A stretch of DNA of 64,000 nt from Octopus vulgaris. Taxonomy: Eukaryota. Location: contig OX597825.1 of the NCBI GenBank assembly GCA_951406725.2, positions 51,646,001 through 51,710,000 of the forward strand, given 5' to 3'. A program made the translations under genes and the position numbers. The notes beneath the pieces were generated by a model. It saw only the letters and a program-made list of their open reading frames with translations. It did not search any database and was not told the DNA's origin. Of the stretch, positions 54,880-64,000 are shown piece by piece; the first letter of the stretch is position 1, and each line of letters begins with the position of its first letter.

Positions 54880-55351
54880 AAAGGTACTGTTGCATGGAAT
54901 GGTAGAGAGAATCAGTTTGGCAAGAATTTCCTTTAAAGTTCTCGCTAATAGAAAATGTATAGTACAAATCTAGCTTTTTATTCATTTACTGGTTTCGATA
55001 TTTGGACAATGGTGATATTTCTAGTATCAGTGAAATAGTGTACTGTGCGGCGTGTGCGGGTTCTATAGAATTTCCACTTTATATACGTGTGTTTGCTATA
55101 GTCGAAGGTATGTTACGTATAAAGAATAGGGTGACCAACTTCGTTAGTATATAAGGCGATCAGAACTCATACTCAACCACTGTCTATTTTACTGTTAGTC
55201 CTCTTTTGACCCGTCAATACACACGCACATGCACATCCTGATTCGTAAACACATACATTCTTTTGAAAGCAGACACGAACATGTTCGATTTCATGTCATT
55301 ATCATTGCTATCATGATAATGATGTACTGTGGAAACGACCGGTGTGCCAAA

Positions 55352-55431
<80 letters not shown>

Positions 55432-55594
55432 CATACATACATACATACATACATACATACATACGTACACACACACACACACACACATATAGATATATAT
55501 GCACATACATACACACTGTTATGAAAGTGTGTTTTCCTTGGGAAGAAATATTAGTGGATTTCGTTAGGGCGTGTAGATTCGAACCTGAAGCTAT

Positions 55595-56122
55595 GGAATT
55601 CCCCTTTAATTTACAACGGCAATTTCTCACGGAGAAACAAGAGTTGACAGCTGCGACACTCCTTTTCCACTGAACCTTTTTAACATCTTCTATACCACCA
55701 AAAGCTGAAAATAGATAAGAATCGCCTACAGCAGTTTTTCCCATTGTTCTCGGTGATATGCCTCACTTTATTGCAATTCTACAATAATTATAAAAACCAA
55801 AGTCCCTCAAAGCTAAAGTTAGTTAATGAAAGGAGTTTTGTAAGATAAGATGACCAGGACCAGAGACGTGTAATGCTTATACCTTTCACTAGAACGTATT
55901 AGAATGACGTCATTCTGTCTTTCTCCGTTGCTGCTGAAACGACAGGCAGAATGGAGTAACATTCTGACTTCCTCTTCCTTCCTTTCTGCCAGTCTGTCGC
56001 CTTTTAAGGGTTTACGACAACAACCAACGTAAACAGTAAACAACAACACAAGAAGATAGAAAGAGTGACCTCATTTTTGTTTTGTTCGCCTTCATGAGGA
56101 TTTGCAATGAACCAAGGTAAGT
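55595..56122 (+). promoter_or_regulatory. Candidate inducible promoter and short first exon B of an unidentified gene
   Basis: kappaB-like GGAATTCCCC at 55595, C/EBP-like ATTGCAAT at 55770, full CRE TGACGTCA within the 16-bp palindrome AGAATGACGTCATTCT (55901-55916), ATG at 56094 (MRICNEP.), consensus donor AAG|GTAAGT at 56116/56117 (phase 2). Motif evidence only. Confidence 0.4.
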
Positions 56123-56299
56123 GACGACTTCGATCTCCAACACTGGATTTTCAACCAATAAGGACTGACCAACAGTAATATTTTGTAATGGCTTGTACTG
56201 TGGACTGAAATATATTATAAAAGCTCTGTTCTTTGAACTCTAATACATTAAAACAGCTTTCGCTGACTTCAATGTGAGTTTTTGCAATATTTCTTTCTG

Positions 56300-56522
56300 A
56301 ATATGTGTGTGTGTGTAAGTTTGTGCGTTTGTGCTGGTCACCCGACCGTCGCTTGACAACCGACGTTGGGTGTTTATGTTCCCGTAACTTAGCGGTTCAT
56401 CAAAAAATACCGATAGGATAAGCACTAGGCTTACAAAGAGTAAGTCCTGGGATCGATTTCTTCCACTAAATGCGATGCTCCAGCATGGCCGCAGTCAAAT
56501 GACTGAAACAAATAAAAGAATA
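56300..56522 (+). mobile_element. SINE family 1, 3' half
   Basis: GCTTGACAACCGA...CCAGCATGGCCGCAGTCAAATGACTGAAAC matches 326-490. Confidence 0.9.
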
Positions 56523-56784
56523 AATATATATATATACATATATATGTATATATGTGTGTGTGTGTGTGTGTGTATGTGTACACATACATATAAGTGTGTG
56601 TGTGTATGACTGAATGTTAAAGCTAGTATTCGAATTATACAGCATAACAGTTACCTGTAGCCTAGAATTCCGCGTAATATTCATGTATATCAAAGTTCCA
56701 ACTAGGTATAAATATTAGTTATCTTTGGATGTTTATTAAGTATTATATGCACAGCAATAAATCAGGGTAAGTATCTGGGAGGAT

Positions 56785-57960
56785 TTGGTTAAAATTTTTA
56801 TCATAACACCATTATTTACATAATATTTACACTAGCGTGTACTTGTATGTCGACAATTGTATAGTCACCCTAGAACGCTATACCATTAACAAAATGCAAG
56901 TCACTCCATTTTTAGCTATCGACTAACGTTGATAAACAGAGCGAAAGTGAGATCTGAATGTATATACAAGGGATTGTTCTATAGATAACCGTAAAGGAAA
57001 GGAATGGATTAGATATATCTGCTGATATAGAATTCAAAGGTGATTATGCAATGTTCTATGCATAGTTACTGAATATCATGATAATATACGCTAGTGAAAG
57101 GCGTGTAAAGATTTGGCAATTTATAATGGTATGATAAAGATTTTAACTGAAAGTTCTGTTTTATTCAGCTTTCGGAGGTACATATGAGAAGCGAACGAAA
57201 CATCTTCGTTTTTAAAATTCCACTTCCAAAACGTTAATCAACAATAAATGATAGATTATTGTCTTACGTGCGACGGTAAGGAGATCGAATTCCAAGACAT
57301 ATTTACGAAGATATCTTAAGTACACAGCAAAGCCTGCACCAAATTAGATTGTATATTAAACATTCATGAATATGGATCCCGACCAAACATAGCAAGATAT
57401 GGCTGAATAGGGTGAAATGTCAGCTGTTTCCTACTATAATTCAGCTCTTTCTGGAGCTGGATATAAAGATTAAATAGTGTATATCAATAATAATATAAAC
57501 AATAAACAAGAATTAGGTACTAGAAATAAACAGATGATAAGCCACTTAATAAATTAAAATATAATTCCATAAACATAGAATATCAAAAGATTTAGAAATC
57601 TAAAAATAAACAAATTAACTATGACCAAACCCATAAATCAAATAATAAGTACGTCAATGATAAATTTAACAAAAATAGATATAATTCTAATAACACTAAT
57701 AATTATTGTTATAAATCTACTAATAAGTTTATAATTAATAATGATAATAATTGTTACAAATCTGATAAATCACTTAATGAAAAGATCAAATGGTACAATG
57801 CTCCATTTAATTGTCATGTAGTCACTAAAATACCTTTTCTATATATTGAACTATTAGAAACACGTTCAGCCTAATAATTAATACCGCAAAATATGTAATA
57901 AACACACAATACAATTCTCCTATACTTACATGCTTAATTTAGGCAAAATTATATCTTCTT
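56785..57960 (+). mobile_element. Old Naiad-like PLE RT/linker remnant with a diverged 5' fold-back
   Basis: KIKWYNAPFNCHVVTKI...YRKICNKHTIQFSYTYMLNLGKIISS resembles the IIWFNPP...KIFNRNT.K.SYSC.PN linker. About 56787-56930 is an imperfect inverted copy of about 56965-57149. Confidence 0.6.
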
Positions 57961-58179
57961 TACATCATTAAAAAAAATAGCAACATTAACTATAATTATT
58001 ATCGAAGTAATAATAATCATAATCTTCACAATATCAATACTTTTAATCTTAATAATAATACTAGTACTTCCACTATCACTACTACTTCTGATACTACTAC
58101 TGCTATAGAAGCTATTGCTACTGGTTATAGCAACAGAAGTGATAATAACTATACTAAACATAATAACCCTGAAGAAAAG

Positions 58180-58249
58180 TGAACACGGACGACATGATGC
58201 TAAGATTTTTCCCCGACGCGCTAACGATTCTGTCTGCTCGCCGCCTTAC
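58180..58249 (-). mobile_element. SINE family 2, 5' fragment
   Basis: Reverse complement AAGGCGGCGAGCAGACAGAATCGTTAGCGCG. Another such fragment lies at about 45966-46014. Confidence 0.7.
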
Positions 58250-58275
58250 TACTACTACTACTGCTGCTGCTGCTT

Positions 58276-58363
<88 letters not shown>

Positions 58364-58373
58364 TAATAATAAT

Positions 58374-60563
58374 CCCCAACTTCTGGTTCAAATATCTGAG
58401 AGTAACACATAAAAAGCTGGCTGTGAAATTGAATGACATTCTAGCAGAGGCAGAGACAATTCCTGAATGGCTCCCGGATGGGAAAACTGTCCTAATTCCC
58501 ATATCCACTCAAACCGCAAACCCACAAAATTATAAACTAATTAATTTGTCTCCCTACAATTTACAAAGACTTTACTGCAATAATATCGCACTGAATGAGT
58601 AAGCAACTGGAAGAAAACAACCTGTTTCCAGAATAGCAGAAGGGATGCTGCAAGGGATCATGCAGTTGTAAAGATCAGCTACTGATCAATAAAGCCATAA
58701 CTAAAGATAGCCGCAGAAAGAAGACGGGTCTAAGTATGGCCTGGATAGATTACCGAAAGGCTTTTGATAGTATTCCCCACACATGGATCTCAGAAACATT
58801 AGCCATGAACAAGATAGAACCAATAATCATAACATACATATCACATTACATGAATAAATGGCATACAGTGCCATAGCTGCAGAAAAAACAGGGACTCAAA
58901 AACAAAAGAAATCCCCATTACAAGAGAAATATTCCAGGGAGAGTCACTCTCTCCACTCCTTTTCTGCTTGGCACTGACACCTTTGTCTGACACGCTAAAC
59001 AGAACTGTCACGGCAAAACAATCAGCCACCTCTTATACATGGATAATCTAAAACTGTACACTACAAATGATAAGCAACTGGAAACATTACTATAGAGATT
59101 ACATGGATGTACCAATGAAATACATATGAAATCTGGTTTAGAAAAACGTGCCAAAGCAAGCTGGAAAAGAGGAAAATTAGTTAAGAGTAGCAACATCAAG
59201 CTAGATAAAGCAAATGAAATACGAGAATTAGACCAAGGTCAGACATACATATGCCTAGGAATCAATGAACTAGATACGAGATAAAACATGAAAGAGAAAA
59301 TACAAAAAAAAAAGAATATTATAGATTAATGCTGAAAACAGAGCTCAATGCGAAAAACGAAATAATAGGTATCAACACTCTAGCCATCCCAGTTACAATT
59401 TATAGCTATAATATCGTTAACTGTACACTAAATGAACTAATAAAAATAGATTAGAAAACAAGAAAATAATGACAGGATTTAAGATGCACCGACCCAAATT
59501 TGACATAGAAAGGTTATATATGCAACATACATAAGTTGGTAGAGACCTTATACAGCTAGAAACCTATTACAAAATAACCACCGTAGGACAACAAAAATAC
59601 CAACTTCAGAAGCAATGAAAACTAATACGTATAGCCACAAAATACGAACAAAGCAGAAAGCCGTTTTCAGACTTTAAGGAAGCTGACAATTACAAAAAAG
59701 AAGTTATATTACCTAACAACTATGAAGAAAAAGAAGAAACAGCAAAAGCTGTAAAACAATTGAAATCCAAACTAAAACTGGAACAGTAACGGATCATCAT
59801 ACAATGATAACAAGAAAAGCCCCTTTATGGCAAAGAGACTGAACGATTTTTAATAGAAGAAAAGACCAAAGCCTCCCTACCAGAAATGACCAAAAACATG
59901 TAATGAAAAGAAACATAACAATTAAATGTAGTATATGTGGAAATGGACAAGAAACAATAAGCCATATTGTCTCTGGTTACCCAGTCTTGGCTAAGAAGGG
60001 ATATGTTCACAGACACGACTGAGTTTGGACATAAATACACACGAAGCTATGCCAACACAATGGAATAACAACAGAGAAAAAAGATTGTATAGGCACACTC
60101 CAGAAAAGGTCACAGAAAATAAGAAATTAACTATGCCCTGGAATATGTCGATACACACAGATAGAGAAATTAAGGCCAAAATTGCCTGATATAGTTGTCA
60201 TTGATCATGAAGAAAAAATGCTTTCTAATCGATGCATCAATATCAACGGATGACAACATGTCTCTAGACCTGGAAATAGAAGTAAATTCAATGAAGAGTC
60301 TAAAACCAGAAGCAATTCCTATTATAGCAGACGCATTGGGTATGATAAAAAAATATTCAGAAAATAGATAACAAAAACACTAGGACTAATAAATATATAT
60401 AACATAGATAAAATAGCACTACTAGGCACTGCACACATCCTACGTAAAACACTTTCAATATAGTAACAATAAGAGCACCACTAGAAACCACAGCACATAC
60501 CCAAGGCACACAGAGATGCGCTCGCTAGTGCAGTGAAGGCACATGATAAGAATAAGACTACTG
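58374..60563 (+). mobile_element. R4/Dong-clade non-LTR retrotransposon (RT, CCHC finger, restriction-like endonuclease, 3' UTR), 5'-truncated and pseudogenised
   Basis: NFWFKYL...[94 protein letters not shown]. Flanked by (AAT)n at 58308-58373 and (ACT/AAT)n at 60564-60735. Confidence 0.92.
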
Positions 60564-60578
60564 AATACTACTACTGAA

Positions 60579-60643
<65 letters not shown>

Positions 60644-60695
60644 TTACTACTACTACTACTACTACTACTGCTACTACTACTACTACTACTACTAC

Positions 60696-60736
<41 letters not shown>

Positions 60737-60737
<1 letters not shown>

Positions 60738-61472
60738 CTGTACTTAGAGACTGCAAGACGAGGAAAACTAACAGCTATGTCATTGATCAATTATCGTAAG
60801 GCATACGATATAATCCCACATACTAGGGTTATGGAATGTATGAACTTATTTCGTATTGCATCGTCCGTTGAACAATGGTTTGGAAAAGTATGGCGAAGTC
60901 GATGACGGAACTGACAGCATATGGTAGAAGTTTAGGGACAATCTGAAGTGGCATCTTCCAAGTGGACTACATTTCCCCACTGATCTTTGTGCTGTGCTGA
61001 TTCTGAGGAAAGCAAAGGCTGGGTATGTATTCGAGAGCCGCTAACAAAATGTCAACCACTTATTATTCGTGGATGGTCTAAAACTATTTGGTAAAGACGT
61101 ATCCCAATTCAGTTCCCTCGTTGATACGATGTATACTTTCAATGCTGATAACAGAATGGAATTCGGAGTGAAAAAGAGTGGTTTATTTGAAGAGTAGCAA
61201 ATTGAAATGTATGGACGGGTTAGCGATACCATTGGGGGAGGTTATGAAGCATGTAGAAGAGACGCATGAATATTGGAAATGGATAAATTGATGGAGAAAG
61301 GCGGACTACATGCGCAGATTGAGACTGATCCCTAAGTCGAAATTATACGGACGGAATAAGATTGAAGCTATCAACACCTGGGCGGTTTCACTCCTTAGAT
61401 ATGGAACAGGTGTAATCGCATGGACTGTAGACGAACTAAACAGCTTAGAAAGACAAAGAATTTGCTGACTAG

Positions 61473-61504
<32 letters not shown>

Positions 61505-61808
61505 TGTACTAAGAAAATGAGGGGTAAGATGACTGATTAGATGCGAAAACAGTATCAGAGCAGAAAACAACATAATAAGGTATGTAAAAAATGCTACATA
61601 ACTACTATTATTGGAAGTAAGAAGGTCAGGCTTGTGTAGGATGGAAGTCTGCAAAGATAAAGCACTATACAAGCACTTGAGAATGAATAAAACTGAAAAT
61701 AGGTGGTTAATCCAGACGGTGCTTGAAAATAAGCGGTGTTACTTTAGTTCACTGGTAGTGAACGACTGACACCGTAGTACATCGTTAGGAGCTATGCAAA
61801 GACAATAC
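60737..61808 (+). mobile_element. Second R4/Dong family fragment, interrupted by (AAT)n at about 61476-61503 and ending in (AAT)n
   Basis: YRKAYDIIPH, SGIFQ, VNHLLFVDGLKLFGKD, NKIEAINTWAVSLLRYG. Confidence 0.85.
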
Positions 61809-61884
<76 letters not shown>

Positions 61885-61895
61885 TAATAATAATA

Positions 61896-61961
<66 letters not shown>

Positions 61962-61971
61962 TGATAAGATA

Positions 61972-62188
61972 ATGATAAAAAAATATTCAGACAAATACAT
62001 AACAAAAACACCAGGACTTACAAACACATATAACATACAGAAAATTGCACTACTAGGCACTGCACACATCCTACGCAGAACACTTTCCATACAATAACCA
62101 TCAGAGCATCACAACAAATCACAGCACATACCCAAGGCACAAGAGCTGCGCTCGGTAGTGAAGTGAAAGCACGCAAAAAATAAAACTA

Positions 62189-62191
<3 letters not shown>
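61972..62191 (+). mobile_element. Short 3'-end copy of the first R4/Dong family between two (AAT)n arrays
   Basis: IQKIALLGTAHILRRTLSIQ* plus a 3' UTR ending AAAACTACTG|AATAAT; matches 60340-60563. Confidence 0.9.
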
Positions 62192-62286
<95 letters not shown>

Positions 62287-62299
62287 CAATAATAATAAT

Positions 62300-63830
62300 T
62301 GACACAGAAATCAGATAATTAGATCACAACCACCCATATAAATATCTGGGAATAGACGAAACAGCTAAAATACATCACACAAGAATGAAAGAGAAAACTA
62401 GAAGAGAATATTACAGAAGAGTTAGACTAGTATTAAACACTGGACTTCAAGCTAAAAATAAGATCATAAACACGCAAGCCATAACAGACATAAATTACAG
62501 CTTCCACGTAATAAACTGGAAGATCAGTGAATTGAGAAACTTAGAGAGAAAAACCAGAAAACTATTCGGAGCATACCGAAGTCACCACCCCAAAGCGAAC
62601 ACAGACATAATATGTCCAACCCGCTAAGAAGGCGGCCGTGGCCTGATCTAGATAAAGAGCTAATATAAAATAACAACAGTTGGACTAGAAAAAGTATTTA
62701 GAAAAAGTGTGGAAGACTGCTACATGCAATACAGCAACACGAGAAAAAGAAATCGCTTTTCTCGATATACGACGAGGCGACAAAATACAAAACAAAACAA
62801 ATTAAACTGATACAACGACCGCGAATGACTACGTAGTAGAAATTGTCAAAGAAGCAAAAACAACATGAAAAAAGAATTACAAAACATACTAAAGAAGAAA
62901 TGAAGAGAAAAATTACTCCATGGCCAATACCCCGCAAGGATTGACGGAGAAGACGTGAGCTATGTAAAAGCCTACAATGACTCAGAAGCATTGAACTAAA
63001 ATCCGAAACGGAAGGACTTATTCTCGCTGCACAAGACCAATGCCTCGCTGCAAACAATTATAAAGCAAAAGAATGAAGAAAGTGCAAGCAGAACAATGAG
63101 ACAGTTGACCACATCTACTCGGGCCGTCCAGTCCTTGACAAGTCTGATTTTATATACGTACACGACCGAGTGAGTAGTTAGATCCACTGGACAATATGCC
63201 AGCACAACATTAAAACTGACAATAAATGGAATAATCATGTGCTAAAAAACATATAGGATAACGACCATAGGATAATCATCTGGAATATGCCTGTTCAAAC
63301 CGACAAACCAGCTAATCGACCAGACATAATAATCAAGGATTGGAAAAAGACAACTACATGCTGATAGACATTGCAGTCCCTTCTGATCAAAATATTGTCC
63401 ATTTGGATGTGGAGAAATTGTCAAAGTGCAAAAACCTCGATATTGAAGTATTCAAGATGTTGAGCATGAAGATGAAAACAATACCAGTAATAAGTGGAAC
63501 GTTGGGAATGACAAACAAAATACATGAACAAAAACGTAGAAGCTATTTTAGATCCTCAACATTACACACTGTCCAAAGAAAAGTAGCTCGGCTAGGAACA
63601 GCCTACATTCTACGCAAAACACTATCAATTCAATAATAAAAGCTAAACAAAACAATCCACGAACACAAGACAAACTCTATACTGCAAATCTCCAATAAAT
63701 AAAATACTACCAGCAAGCCGAATACACAGCGTATTACACGCACAACACACAATACAGACATTAATACAACAAAAGACTGTACCACACCTCGAAAAAAGAA
63801 AAGGTACTGACGCAATATCAAGCTATAACT
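62300..63830 (+). mobile_element. Third R4/Dong family 3' fragment (post-RT, RLE, 3' UTR)
   Basis: YKYLGI, KEKTRREYYRRVRLVL, HHPKA, LKSETEGLILAAQDQ, NRPDIII, LIDIAVPSD, LGTAYILRKTLSIQ*. Preceded by (AAT)n at 62192-62298. Confidence 0.88.
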
Positions 63831-64000
63831 CGCTTAACCATCATACTGGTAAAAAGAGATAAACATCCCTCTGTTGTATATCCATTAATGTTAGATCGTC
63901 TGAAGAAATGAATCCATGAAGATGATCAACCTGATACCCAAAGATACTATGGACTACGGTGTAGATATCCCAGGAATACGGACTATGAACATAAGAGACA

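Overview
AT-rich, microsatellite-dense eukaryotic DNA. It is most likely an octopus (coleoid cephalopod) intergenic or intronic region, inferred from two tRNA-derived SINE families I recognise as octopus-type and from the repeat landscape. I can identify no intact host protein-coding gene; most listed ORFs are translations of (TA)n, (AAT)n or (AGT)n tracts, or pieces of decayed transposons. The window holds many decayed mobile elements: two SINE families, three mariner relics, Helitrons (one with an STPR-like ORF start), a probable hAT relic, CR1-group, RTE and L1/Tx1 LINE fragments, several Penelope-like elements (PLEs; Neptune-like and Naiad-like) and stacked R4/Dong-clade elements. Main points: (1) an apparently intact type I hammerhead ribozyme at 8833-8918 (-) in a Naiad-like PLE, with a decayed second hammerhead about 0.8 kb away; (2) PLE remnants sit in (TA)n and repeatedly form fold-backs, while R4/Dong elements stack head-to-tail in (AAT)n/(ACT)n; (3) two candidate CRE-bearing promoters with same-phase short first exons at 54.6-56.1 kb; (4) a bulged hairpin in unique sequence; (5) an inverted, locally templated insertion inside a SINE. 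All calls were made by eye and the boundaries of decayed elements are approximate.
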